Positions 20,397 to 30,380 of a stretch of DNA of 64,000 nt are shown here, one piece after another; within the stretch, counting starts at the first letter, position 1, and the number at the start of each line of letters is the position of its first letter. This stretch comes from Geopsychrobacteraceae bacterium (GTDB lineage Bacteria; Desulfobacterota; Desulfuromonadia; Desulfuromonadales; Geopsychrobacteraceae). The notes beneath the pieces are model-generated. The model made no database searches, was not told the origin of the DNA, and saw only the letters and a program-made list of their open reading frames with translations. Made by a program: the position numbers and the translations under genes. Location: contig CAXXTB010000002.1 of NCBI GenBank assembly GCA_963676795.2, forward strand, positions 64,001-128,000, in the 5' to 3' direction.

Positions 20397-22715
20397 TCAG
20401 ACCACCTGTTCCATGCCCCAGATCCCGCACGGACAGAGTCCGGCGCAGATGCCGCAGCCGATACAGTACTCTGCATCGGAAACGTATTCGAAGCCACCAT
20501 CCTCTTTCTGGACGCGGCGGATGGCGCCTTCCGGGCAGGCCTCCAGGCACATCTCACAGTCTCGGCAGGTACCGCAGGAGAGACAGCGGTTGGTCTCCTG
20601 GTTGGCGTCGGCCTTGAAACGTCCACGGTTCTGTGGCCTGAACAGCTCTTTGCTCAGGCATTCCTGGGAGATCATCGGCGGCTTGACCTTGGCGACCGGC
20701 GCGTTGCCGGCCAGGTAGCTGTCGATATACTGTGCCGCTTCCCGGCCGTGACCGATGGCGTGAGTGAGCAGACCCGGTTTGATGGTGTCGCCGATGGCAA
20801 ACACGCCGGGCGCCTTGACCAGCTGACCGCAGGCGTCGACCATAGCCATGCCGCGGTCGTCGAGCCACTCACGTGGAATGTAGCTCAAGTCCGGACGCTC
20901 GCCGATGGCGATGATGATGGTGTCGGCCCCGATCAGGCGGCCATCCTTGGTATGCAACCCCTTTTCGTCGACCCTGTCGGTGAACACCGGCCATTCGATG
21001 CTGCCGCCGAGCTTTTCGAAATGATCGATCTCTTTCCTGAAGGCGGCAGGACGCTGAATATCGACAGCCGTGACCTTTTTCGCTCCCATGGCGTAGGCGC
21101 CGAGGCAGACGTCCATCCCGGCATTGCCGGCACCGATGACCACGACCTTCTCGCCGACCGTCGGGTTTTTACCGTTGTTGACGTCTTTCAGGAATTCAAG
21201 TCCTTTGACCAGCCGCTCATGCCCGGGGAAGGGGATGACAACCGGATTGTGGGCACCGGAAGCGATGACAATGGCATCGTAGTCATTTTGCAAAGATGCA
21301 AACATGTCACTATTGATCGCTTCATTTGTCTTGATTTCGACCCCCATATCCTTGACACGCTGGATCTCGGCCGAGAGGGTGTCGGCCGGCAGGCGGTCGG
21401 TCGGAATGACCTGGCGCAGCTTGCCGCCGACTTCCTTGTCCGCTTCGAAGACGGTAGCCGCATGGCCGAGCAGGCGCAGCTGCCAGGCTGCTGAGAGGCC
21501 ACCCGGCCCGCCGCCGATCACCGCGACCTTCTTGCCGCTGTCTGTTTTTGGCTGTGGAGAGCTGGCTTCAAGGGACAGCTTGCCGAGCTCAGGCATGGCC
21601 ACCGAATGATCGATGAACTGGCGGGTACAGGAATCCATGCAGGGGTTCGGGCAGACCTCGCCGCAGACACTGCCCGGGAACGGGGAGTAGTTGAGGACCA
21701 GTTCAATAGCTTTTTTGTACTCACCTTTTCTCAGCAGGTTGATCCGGTCCTGGGTCGGAATCGACGACGGACAGGATGCCTCGCAGGGGGCACAGAAGGC
21801 CTTGTTGCGCCAGTGCGGAATCTTCAGGCGGTTGTCACCGGTATTGACCAGTCCGGCGGTGAAGTCGTAGTCGTCTTTGATCAGGTCGCCGAAGATGCCG
21901 CCGTCTCCAACCCACTTGTTCAGGCGGAACTCACGCATGCTGATCCGGGTCGATTTGCTCAGCTGGCGTTCTTCGTAGGTCTTGGCCGTAATTTTTTTCC
22001 ACCGGCTGAAGTCGCTCAGGGTGTCCAGGTGTTGGCTCCTGTCGACCTTGGCGAGGAATTCCGGAAGCCCGGCTTTCAGATAGGCGATATCGGCCTCGTC
22101 CAGATCGAGCAGCAGGACTTCGCCCGGCAGGTTTCTGACGGCACCACGGACATAGATGGTGCCGCCGACCATGCCCATGCAGCTGCGGTCGCCGAGGATC
22201 GACTCCAGTTCTTCGCAGCCTATGCCGCAGATGACCGCAGTACCACCGCCCATGAACTCGAAGGAGAAGGAGCCGGTGTTTTTCAGGACCCAGAGTTCCG
22301 GTGCAGAAAAAGCCGGATCGTGTTTCATCAGCGAACCGGAGCGGGTGCCGATGCGGCCGGCGACGTAGATCTTGCCGCTGGCTGCGCAGTGGGCTGTGGT
22401 GTCACCGCTGTCCCCCTTGATGATCAGTTCGGCGCCGGCGTTGAGCCAGCCGGCGTCAGCCGGAGCCGGGCCGTCGACAATGATCTGGGTCCCTTCGAGA
22501 CCGAAGGAGCCGACCCGCTGCCCCGGGTTTTTGACCCGGAATTTGAGCGGCTGGCCGTCTTCGCGCCAGAGCGGGCCACCGATATCGTGATGGCCGGAGG
22601 AGAGCACTTCGAATTCGTTCTCTCCCTGTTCCAGGGCGCAATAGATCTGCATCAGCAGATCCTGAGTCGAGATCCGCTGGTTATTTTCATCAAAGCCTTG
22701 AATTTGAGCTGCCAT
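20397..22715 (-). CDS. Glutamate synthase subunit: GXGXG domain + GltD-like FAD/NAD(P) oxidoreductase + ferredoxin
   Basis: FEFMGGG, CEASCP, VCPNPC, GGGPGG, GAGNAG, C-terminal 2x CxxCxxCxxxCP. Confidence 0.85.
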   Translation of the reverse strand: MAAQIQGFDENNQRISTQDLLMQIYCALEQGENEFEVLSSGHHDIGGPLWREDGQPLKFRVKNPGQRVGSFGLEGTQIIVDGPAPADAGWLNAGAELIIKGDSGDTTAHCAASGKIYVAGRIGTRSGSLMKHDPAFSAPELWVLKNTGSFSFEFMGGGTAVICGIGCEELESILGDRSCMGMVGGTIYVRGAVRNLPGEVLLLDLDEADIAYLKAGLPEFLAKVDRSQHLDTLSDFSRWKKITAKTYEERQLSKSTRISMREFRLNKWVGDGGIFGDLIKDDYDFTAGLVNTGDNRLKIPHWRNKAFCAPCEASCPSSIPTQDRINLLRKGEYKKAIELVLNYSPFPGSVCGEVCPNPCMDSCTRQFIDHSVAMPELGKLSLEASSPQPKTDSGKKVAVIGGGPGGLSAAWQLRLLGHAATVFEADKEVGGKLRQVIPTDRLPADTLSAEIQRVKDMGVEIKTNEAINSDMFASLQNDYDAIVIASGAHNPVVIPFPGHERLVKGLEFLKDVNNGKNPTVGEKVVVIGAGNAGMDVCLGAYAMGAKKVTAVDIQRPAAFRKEIDHFEKLGGSIEWPVFTDRVDEKGLHTKDGRLIGADTIIIAIGERPDLSYIPREWLDDRGMAMVDACGQLVKAPGVFAIGDTIKPGLLTHAIGHGREAAQYIDSYLAGNAPVAKVKPPMISQECLSKELFRPQNRGRFKADANQETNRCLSCGTCRDCEMCLEACPEGAIRRVQKEDGGFEYVSDAEYCIGCGICAGLCPCGIWGMEQVV

Positions 22716-22727
22716 GTTCAGGCCTCC

Positions 22728-24371
22728 TTAACATACATGTTGAATCTGCAGACGGTCGGCAACAGCTTTGTCCATCGAGACCAAAGCGTCGGCGCGGCCG
22801 ATTGGCAGAGAAGAGTTGCCGATCGGAGCCATCAGTTTCTTGAGCTCCGTATCCATCGCCAGGAAGTAGTTGACGATGTTCTGGGCGACCTTGTCTGGGT
22901 CGAGGCGCTGGGCCAGCTGGGGAACCTGGGTGGTGATCCCCGCCGGGCAGAGGCCGGTGTTGCAGGCGTTGCAGCGGCCCAGATCGTTGCCGATACAGCC
23001 AGCCATCTGCAGGATCAGTTTGCCGGTAAAGACGCCGTTGGCACCGAGGCACATCATCTTGAAGGCATCGGCGGCGAGATCGCCGGTTTTGCCCAGGCCA
23101 CCTGCGGCCCAGAGCGGAATCTGGCCCTGGCGGCCCTGTTTGACGGCTGCCAGGTAGCAGTCGCGCAGCTTGCTGACAATAGGATGGCCGGTATGGTCGA
23201 GGCTGACCTCATGGGCTGCGCCGGTGCCGCCGTCGATGCCGTCGAGGAAGAAGCCGCCGACGATATTGTACGGGTCGCGGACCAGGTTGTTGAAGACGCT
23301 GACGCTGGTCGCTGAAGCGGCAACCTTGATGGCGACCGGGACGCGGAACTTGAAGGCCGCATTGAACGACAGGAACATCTTCTGCACGCTCTCCTCGATG
23401 GAGTAGAGCCCCTGGTGGTTCGGCGGGCTGAGCAGGTCCGCTTTCGGAACGCCGCGGATCGCCTGGATATGTTCAGCCACCTTGGCTGCCATCAGCAGAC
23501 CGCCGTCGCCCGGCTTGGCGCCCTGGCCGATCTTGATCAGCACGCCGGCCGGGTCTTCGGTCATCTCCGGCATGGCGTTGACGATGCGGTTCCAGCCGAA
23601 GTGGCCGGACGCGATCTGCAGGATCATATACTTGAGATATTTGGAGGTCAGCAGGCGTTTGGGGACGCCGCCTTCGCCGGAGCACATACGAACCGGCAGG
23701 CCGCATTCCTCGTTCAGGTAGGCGACCGCCATGGCGACCCCTTCCCACATCCGCCAGGAGAGGGCGCCGATCGACATGTCGCCGATGATGACCGGGTAGA
23801 TCCAGTTGACTGGTGGCATGTTGGCGTTACTGTTCAGTTGGCCGTTCTGGGCTTTGCTGAAAGACAGCCCTTTTGGCGGCAGAATCCGGCCGAAGGGCGC
23901 CAGCAGGTCGAAGGTATGACGCTGGGCATCGAGGCTCGGGTCGGTCATCTGTGAGATACGGCCAACGCGGATCGCGTCGAGGGTGCGGCTGGTGTTTTCG
24001 AGATTCTTGCGCCCACCACGTTTGATCGAATCGCCAGCCAGACAGCGTGTCACGATAGGATGCCTGGTGTCAGGGTTGCGAACTGGCTTTATTGCGTCGT
24101 TCGGGCAGACCTTTTCGCACATGCCGCAGCCACGGCAGTAGTCGCGGATCGAATTGACCTGACGGATGACCGGCACCGCCGAAAAGCGGCTCTTCGGTTC
24201 CGGGATGTCCCCTTCGGAGAAGACCATGCGCCGCCGCTCGACCTTGACCTTGATCGCTTTGAAGGAGCAGGCCGCGACACAGGAACCGCACATAGTGCAG
24301 CGGCTTGCGTTATAGTCGATCTTCCAGGGCAGATCGTTTACGGTTACATCATTGAGTTTTACTGTTTCCAT
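22728..24371 (-). CDS. Glutamate synthase FMN-binding subunit with N-terminal ferredoxin
   Basis: MSIGALS, SGEGG, QIASGHFG, KIGQGAKPGDGG, CNTGLCPAGITTQ. Confidence 0.9.
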   Translation of the reverse strand: METVKLNDVTVNDLPWKIDYNASRCTMCGSCVAACSFKAIKVKVERRRMVFSEGDIPEPKSRFSAVPVIRQVNSIRDYCRGCGMCEKVCPNDAIKPVRNPDTRHPIVTRCLAGDSIKRGGRKNLENTSRTLDAIRVGRISQMTDPSLDAQRHTFDLLAPFGRILPPKGLSFSKAQNGQLNSNANMPPVNWIYPVIIGDMSIGALSWRMWEGVAMAVAYLNEECGLPVRMCSGEGGVPKRLLTSKYLKYMILQIASGHFGWNRIVNAMPEMTEDPAGVLIKIGQGAKPGDGGLLMAAKVAEHIQAIRGVPKADLLSPPNHQGLYSIEESVQKMFLSFNAAFKFRVPVAIKVAASATSVSVFNNLVRDPYNIVGGFFLDGIDGGTGAAHEVSLDHTGHPIVSKLRDCYLAAVKQGRQGQIPLWAAGGLGKTGDLAADAFKMMCLGANGVFTGKLILQMAGCIGNDLGRCNACNTGLCPAGITTQVPQLAQRLDPDKVAQNIVNYFLAMDTELKKLMAPIGNSSLPIGRADALVSMDKAVADRLQIQHVC

Positions 24372-25465
24372 CTTAATACCTCCAGCTCGTCGGTGATGAC
24401 GACTGTTTCCCGCTCGTGTGGGTAGATATCCTGTTCCCAGTCACGATTGGGCAGAACTTCGTTAATGCCGCAGACTTCCGAGGTGATAGCGACGGTCTCG
24501 GCGTCACGGCCGATAACGACCGGGCGCAGCTTCTTGGCGTCGCAGCAGGTGAACAGGGTGTTGTCCGGAAGCATGCCGATGATGGTGTTCGGGCCGTTGA
24601 TCTCCAGGTGGGCGAGCGACTGGCGGATCGCCAGCAGTTGTTCCCTGTTGTCGCGTTTCTCGACCTCTTCGAAAGGCAGCGGGGTGACGACCTGTTTGTA
24701 GTACTGTAGCGGCCAGCCCAGTTCGCGGTGTACGTAGTGCAGCGTATAGAGGAAGCACTGGGAGTCCGATTCGAAGCCGATATAGCCACGATGCAGTTTC
24801 TGCTGGAACTCCTTGTTCTTCATGTAGAAGGTGTTCTCGCCGTTGGCCAGTGCGGTGTAACCCTGCAGGTGGAACGGGTGGGCCGCATAGCGAACGATGT
24901 CGTAGTTGGTGTTCTGGCGGCACTGTGCGGTAATCACCTTGGCGGTGAAGCGCTCGTCCTCTTTCCACAGGTTGAAGTAGGTGCCGATGTCGCGCGGATC
25001 GCCGATCTCCTTGAGGGTGATGACGTCGGGCCAGAATGAGTAGGCGAACCCTTCTTCGTTCTCTTCCAGGGCTGCACGCAGCTTCAGGCGGGTGTCAAGC
25101 AGCAGCTCCTCTTTGTCTTTCTGAGCTGCATTATCATACGCGGCTGGGTATGAGAAGGTTTCGAAGACGTAGTTCGGCATCGCATTGATGTCGAGACCCG
25201 GCTGCGGGTTGACCTCCGGGGACCATTGCATGACGCGATGAAAACCGATCTCATGCAGGATGTTCTCGGCGATCTTGATCCCCTTGTCGGTACAGGCCAT
25301 CGACAGGGTCGGCAGATGTTTATAGGGCTCGAAGATCCCGCCGAGGTTTTGCATAACCATGGCGAACCCAGAGTTGTCATGCCCTTTCTGTTGCGACTGC
25401 ATCAGGGTGAGCGCTTTGCTCGGATGCATGTAATTCAGGCTTTTAATCGCACCGATGCGACACAT
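24359..25465 (-). CDS. Glutamate synthase class II glutamine amidotransferase subunit
   Basis: N-terminal Cys2 (MCRI), AHPF, NGE, SDS, LRPV. Confidence 0.85.
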   Translation of the reverse strand: MCRIGAIKSLNYMHPSKALTLMQSQQKGHDNSGFAMVMQNLGGIFEPYKHLPTLSMACTDKGIKIAENILHEIGFHRVMQWSPEVNPQPGLDINAMPNYVFETFSYPAAYDNAAQKDKEELLLDTRLKLRAALEENEEGFAYSFWPDVITLKEIGDPRDIGTYFNLWKEDERFTAKVITAQCRQNTNYDIVRYAAHPFHLQGYTALANGENTFYMKNKEFQQKLHRGYIGFESDSQCFLYTLHYVHRELGWPLQYYKQVVTPLPFEEVEKRDNREQLLAIRQSLAHLEINGPNTIIGMLPDNTLFTCCDAKKLRPVVIGRDAETVAITSEVCGINEVLPNRDWEQDIYPHERETVVITDELEVLRWKQ

Positions 25466-25559
25466 AGTTCGACTCCTTGTTGCTCAAGATAATTCCGGCC
25501 AGTTGCTTCGAACCGGCGGTAATTATCGTAAATTGCAGAATTAAAGCGGAAGTGCTATG

Positions 25560-25576
25560 AGCAGGAACTGTGCCAG
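25560..25576 (-). promoter_or_regulatory. sigma-54 -24/-12 promoter of the glutamate synthase operon
   Basis: Minus strand CTGGCAC-AGTTC-CTGCT, about 95 bp upstream of the start. Confidence 0.75.
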
Positions 25577-25744
25577 CTTTGGGGTATCAATGTGGATGGT
25601 GGTGAAAGTGGGCTTTTGCGAGGGTTGGCACCGATTGTCAAGTCGGTTCGCGATCAGCGGGTCGCTTTGTGTTGAAAAGAAATGAGTAGAATAGTGCTTA
25701 GATTGAGTATCTGTTTGGCGTAATAAAATAAACTGTGAATTTTT

Positions 25745-25851
25745 CCCTTCTCCATTTGGGAGAAGGTGCCCCGAAGGAGCGGATGAGGGGGATTTGCAGC
25801 GAGTGCCCCTCACCCGTCGCTTTGCGCCGCCCTCTCCCTGAGGGAGAGGGG
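25745..25851. repeat. Family A REP-like multi-hairpin element, copy 1
   Basis: CCTTCTCC..GGAGAAGG / GGATGAGGG / CCCCTCACCC / CCCTCTCCC..GGGAGAGGG; four copies in window. Confidence 0.85.
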
Positions 25852-25899
25852 ATGATTATTTCATGTTTCAGTGTGCAGGTGTTTACTTTATTGAAATAC

Positions 25900-26964
25900 T
25901 CAGAGCAGTGTCACCCAGCTGTGCTGATCAGTGGCTTTGCCATACTGGATAGCGGTGAGCTTGTCGTAGAGTTCCAGGGTGAGTTTGCCCGGTTTGCCGT
26001 CACCTACCTGGATCTGCTGATCCTTGTAGCAGAAGGAGCCGACCGGGGAGACAACAACCGCGGTGCCGGTGCCGAAGGCCTCCTGCAGGCGACCGCTGGC
26101 GGCCCCTTCCATGACCTCGTCTACACTCAAGGCGCGTTCTTCAATTTCATAGCCCATCTCTTTGAGCAGGGTCAGTGCCGAACGGCGGGTGATGCCGTCA
26201 AGAACGGTTCCCTTGAGCGGCGAGGTGACGATCTTGCCGTCATAGAGGAAAAGCATGTTGCTGCTGCCGACCTCTTCGACATATTTTCTCTCTTTGGCAT
26301 CGAGCCAGAGCACCTGGTCAAAGCCCTTTTCGGCCGCTTCCTTGGCAGCGAGCAGGCTGGCAGCATAGTTGCCGCCGGTCTTGGCTTCGCCGGTGCCCCC
26401 TTCGGCGGCGCGGACATAGTGATCGGAAATCCAGATTTTGACTGAGTTCAGACCGCCCTTGTAGTAGGCTCCGACCGGGCAGAGGATGATATAGCAGAGA
26501 TACTTGTTGGCCGGCCGGACGCCGAGTACGGCTTCGGTGGCAATCATGGTCGGACGGATATAGAGGCTGGTGCCGGGATTTTTTGGAACCCAGTCCTGCT
26601 CCAGCTCAACCAGTTTGAGCATCGACTCAAGGAGAAACGTCTCATCCACTTCAGGCATGCACAGCCGCTTGGCGCTCAGGTTGAAACGGGCGACGTTGTC
26701 GGCAGGGCGAAACAGGGCGATCTGGCCGTCCGGACGACGGAAGGCTTTCAGTCCCTCAAAGATCTCCTGGGAATAATGCAGAACCATGGCCGCCGGATCG
26801 AGAGAGAAGGGACCATACGGCTGAATGCGGGCAGAATGCCAGCCTTTGCCGGTGTCGTACTCCATGACAAACATGCGATTGGTGAAAAGTTTGCCGAAGA
26901 CCAGTTGGTTTTCGTCAAAGTCCGCTGGTTTGGGGTTGCTCAGTGGCAAAATCTGAAGATCCAT
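25900..26964 (-). CDS. ilvE: Branched-chain amino acid aminotransferase
   Basis: LHYSQEIFEGLKA, LYIRP, KTGGNY, LDGITR, GTAVVVSP. Confidence 0.93.
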   Translation of the reverse strand: MDLQILPLSNPKPADFDENQLVFGKLFTNRMFVMEYDTGKGWHSARIQPYGPFSLDPAAMVLHYSQEIFEGLKAFRRPDGQIALFRPADNVARFNLSAKRLCMPEVDETFLLESMLKLVELEQDWVPKNPGTSLYIRPTMIATEAVLGVRPANKYLCYIILCPVGAYYKGGLNSVKIWISDHYVRAAEGGTGEAKTGGNYAASLLAAKEAAEKGFDQVLWLDAKERKYVEEVGSSNMLFLYDGKIVTSPLKGTVLDGITRRSALTLLKEMGYEIEERALSVDEVMEGAASGRLQEAFGTGTAVVVSPVGSFCYKDQQIQVGDGKPGKLTLELYDKLTAIQYGKATDQHSWVTLL

Positions 26965-27145
26965 GGCTGCATCACTCCTTGCTGAGATAAGGAAATCTAC
27001 TTAGCACAGCTGCTGCCGTCGCTGCAAGAATATCCTTCGCCAAATAGCGGGCTTGAAAATATGTCTCAGTTTGTAATCTTTGTTGAGCGAGCGGGCATAC
27101 TCCGCTATTCTTGATACATTCCGATCAAAAAAGGGGGCAATGATA

Positions 27146-28698
27146 ATGCAAAGTAAAGAAGAGGTGTTGGCCAAGGTCATCAAGGGCGGTTCGTTGCCGA
27201 CCCTGTCAACCGTTGCCTCAACGCTGATCAATATCACCGGCAAGGAAGAGACGACAATCTACGATATTACCAGGTTGATCGCTCAGGACGTTTCGCTGTC
27301 GACCAAGATCCTCAAGGTCGTCAACTCGTCTTTCTATAATTTCCCCAACGAGGTCGGAACCATTCAGCAGGCGGTGGCAATCCTGGGGACCAACGCGGTG
27401 CGCAGCCTGGTTCTGTCGTTCTCTTTTCTCAATATGGAACGCCCCAGACACGGTGCCGGTTTCAGCTATGAACAGTTCTGGGAGGAGTCGCTGGCAGCTG
27501 CCGTCGCATCAAAGCTGATTATGGCCAAGGTAAGTGATCAGGATCCGGAGGATGCTTTACCGTCAGTCTTTTGCAGAATCTTGGCAAGCTGATCCTCGCC
27601 TGTGCCTTCAAGGAGCAGTATGATGCCCTGCTTGAAGAATCGGAAGGGAGCGAACAGCGTCTGCTGGAGCTCGAGGAAGAGCGGCTCGGGGCCAGCCACG
27701 CCTATATCGGAGCTGAAGCGGCCAGGATCTGGAATTTTCCGGAAAGCCTGAGGGTCCCGATCGGTTGTCACCATGATCCGGCCAGTTGCGATGTCAAGGA
27801 TCCGGCACTCAAGACGGTCGTTCAGGTTGTTCACCTGGCGGCACTCTGCGCCAACATCATGTATTCCGGCAAGCCGATCGATTATCACGCGCCTTTCCGT
27901 GAACGGGCGCGCAAGATGTTCCGTCTCGATGCCAGGGCGATCGATGATATTCTCGCCCGGGTCGATGTCGAGGTGGCAAAAGCAGCAGACTATTTCGGGC
28001 TGAAAATCAAGGGGACAGCGTCTATTCCGGAGCTGTTGCAGCAGGCCAATATCGAACTCAGTCTGCTCAATATGAGTTACGAACAGATGAACAGGGAACT
28101 GGTTCAGGCCAAGATGAAGCTGGAAAAGCTGACGGCCGAACTGGAGGAGAAGAATGCCTATCTGGAAGGGATCGCCAATCTCGATGGTTTGACCGAGATT
28201 TACAATCATCGTTTTTTTCAGGAATTTCTCGACCGCGAGCTGAGCCGTTCACAACGTCTGGGAAATCAGCTCAGTCTGGTTTTGAGCGATATCGACAACT
28301 TCAAGAAATTCAACGACTTTTATGGCCATCAGGCTGGCGACTATGTCCTCAAGGAGTTCGCCGCGCTGTGCAAGGGACTGATCCGTGAATACGACCTGCT
28401 GGCCCGTTACGGTGGCGAGGAGTTTGTTATTGTCCTGCCTGAGGCCAGCGCCGCTGATGCCGGGGTGGTGGCTGAGAAGCTGCGTGAAGCGATCGCCGCG
28501 CATGAATTTTCCTATGCAGGCGAGACCTACACTGTAACCAGCAGCTTCGGGGTCGCCGTTTATGAGCCGGGACCCAAGCCGCTCAAGAAAAACGAACTGA
28601 TAGAGCGCGCCGACAAGGCACTCTACCAGGCCAAGAAAAAAGGGCGTAATCGGGTTGAACTCTTCAGTGAAAAGAGCGGCTGGTTCGGCAAGAAGTGA
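27146..28698 (+). pseudogene. HDOD-GGDEF diguanylate cyclase split by a 1-nt frameshift near 27556-27558 (real or sequencing error)
   Basis: HDOD N-part in one frame; HDOD C-part plus REYD/RYGGEEF in another; one extra T restores DPEDAFTVSLLQNLGKL. Confidence 0.8.
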
Positions 28699-28873
28699 AA
28701 AGTCAGTCGTAAGCTATAAGCCTGTAAGGGACGGGCAGTTAAGTGCCGTCCTGCTGTGGACTTTTTTTTTGATTTGTCAGATAATGACAAGTTCATTGGT
28801 TAACGAAGCACGGGGTGGCAGCAGTCGACCTCGTGCTTTTGTATTGAATAGGCAAGCAAGAAAAGGAATGAAG

Positions 28874-30271
28874 ATGCTTGATCAGAAGATTATCGCCGCT
28901 CTGGAGCAGATCTGCGGCAAGGAATATGTTTCGACCCTCAAGGCTGACCTGATCTGCTATTCCTACGATGCCACCCAGAAGCAGTTCCTGCCCGATGTTG
29001 TCGTCCATCCGGCCAACACTGAAGAGATCAGCCGGATCATGAAGCTGGCCAACGACAACTGTTTTCCGGTTTTCCCGCGTGGTGCGGGCAGCGGCTTTAC
29101 CGGGGGCAGCCTGCCGGTTGGCGGTGGAGCGGTCATGGTTCTGACTCGTCTCGACCGGATTCTTGAGATCGACGATGAGAACCTGGTGGCGACGGTTGAG
29201 CCCGGCGTGGTCACCGAGGACTTTCAGAAAGCGGTTGAAAAGGTCGGCCTCTTCTACCCGCCCGATCCTGCGTCTCTGAAGATGTCGACCCTCGGGGGCA
29301 ATGTTGCCGAATGTGCCGGTGGCCCGCGCTGCGTCAAGTACGGGGTGACCAAGGACTACATCATCGGCCTCGAAATCGTCACTCCGACCGGCGATGTCAT
29401 CAAGACCGGCGGCCCGACCATGAAGGGGGTTGTCGGTTACGATCTGACCAAGCTGATCTGCGGCAGCGAGGGGACTCTGGCCGTTATCACCAAGATTGTT
29501 GTCAAGCTGCTGCCGAAGCCGGAAGCGAAAAAGACCATGCTGGTGCTTTTCGATTCGATCGATGGCGCTGCCCAGGCGGTCTCCAGCATTATCCGCAACA
29601 AGATCATCCCGACCACCCTCGAGTTCATGGACGGCCGGACCGTCGACTGTGTCCGTCAGGCGACCTCGCTGGAACTGTCTGAGCAGGCCAACGCGGTACT
29701 GATCATCGAGGTCGACGGCGACCGCGAGTTCCTTGACAAGCAGGCTGCTAAAATCGCCGAGATCATCAGGCCGCTCGGTGTGGTTGATACCAGGATCGCC
29801 GAGACTCCGGAAGAGAGCGAGGCGCTCTGGCAGGTGCGCCGCTCTGTTTCGGCGTCCTTGCGCCGGGTCAATCCGGACAAGTTCAACGAGGACATCTGTG
29901 TACCGCGCTCCAAGGTCCCTGAGATGATCCGCAAGATCGACAGGATTGCCGACAAGTACGGTATTCCCATCGTCAATTTCGGCCACGCCGGAGACGGCAA
30001 TATTCATGTCAACGTCATGATCGACAGCAAGATCGAAGGGGAGCAGGAAAAGGCCGACCGGGCCATCGAAGAGGTCTTTGCCGGTGCTCTCGAGCTCGGC
30101 GGAACCATGAGCGGCGAGCACGGAGTGGGGATCATGAAGGCTCCTTACCTGCAGATGGAGCTGGCTGATGCCTCGATCGACTACATGAAAACCCTCAAGC
30201 GCGCCCTCGATCCGAACAATATCCTCAATCCGGGGAAGATCTTCCCCAGCGACAGGGCTGCGCAGCACTGA
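28874..30271 (+). CDS. glcD: FAD-linked glycolate/D-lactate oxidase subunit
   Basis: PRGAGSGFTGG, YPPDPAS, GHAGDGNIH, SGEHGVG, LNPGK. Confidence 0.85.
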   Translation: MLDQKIIAALEQICGKEYVSTLKADLICYSYDATQKQFLPDVVVHPANTEEISRIMKLANDNCFPVFPRGAGSGFTGGSLPVGGGAVMVLTRLDRILEIDDENLVATVEPGVVTEDFQKAVEKVGLFYPPDPASLKMSTLGGNVAECAGGPRCVKYGVTKDYIIGLEIVTPTGDVIKTGGPTMKGVVGYDLTKLICGSEGTLAVITKIVVKLLPKPEAKKTMLVLFDSIDGAAQAVSSIIRNKIIPTTLEFMDGRTVDCVRQATSLELSEQANAVLIIEVDGDREFLDKQAAKIAEIIRPLGVVDTRIAETPEESEALWQVRRSVSASLRRVNPDKFNEDICVPRSKVPEMIRKIDRIADKYGIPIVNFGHAGDGNIHVNVMIDSKIEGEQEKADRAIEEVFAGALELGGTMSGEHGVGIMKAPYLQMELADASIDYMKTLKRALDPNNILNPGKIFPSDRAAQH

Positions 30272-30278
30272 AAAAATC

Positions 30279-30337
30279 ACCCCCCTGGTCGCGATACTCC
30301 CTTCCCCCCTATTTTATAGGGGGGATAAAAGGGGGGT
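30279..30337. repeat. Family B palindromic repeat, copy 1
   Basis: ACCCCCCT...TCCCCCCTAT-TTT-ATAGGGGGGA...AGGGGGGT. Confidence 0.85.
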
Positions 30338-30380
30338 CGGTTTAATAGATTCAAGTTGGACCTTAGGAGCACTAAGTTAA

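Noticed and set aside
25735..26445. ORFs running through family A repeats (also 25541-25813, 40826-41053, 44916-45320)
   Set aside because: They are translations of repeat DNA or antisense to real genes
27551..27575. Programmed ribosomal frameshift or phase-variable tract in the HDOD-GGDEF gene
   Set aside because: The run is only three T with no canonical slippery heptamer; a simple deletion or sequencing error is more parsimonious
28655..28873. Long N-terminal extensions in the ORF track (glcD; also cheW, MNT, proB, tatA)
   Set aside because: Downstream ATGs with an RBS or gene overlap match the expected family N-termini
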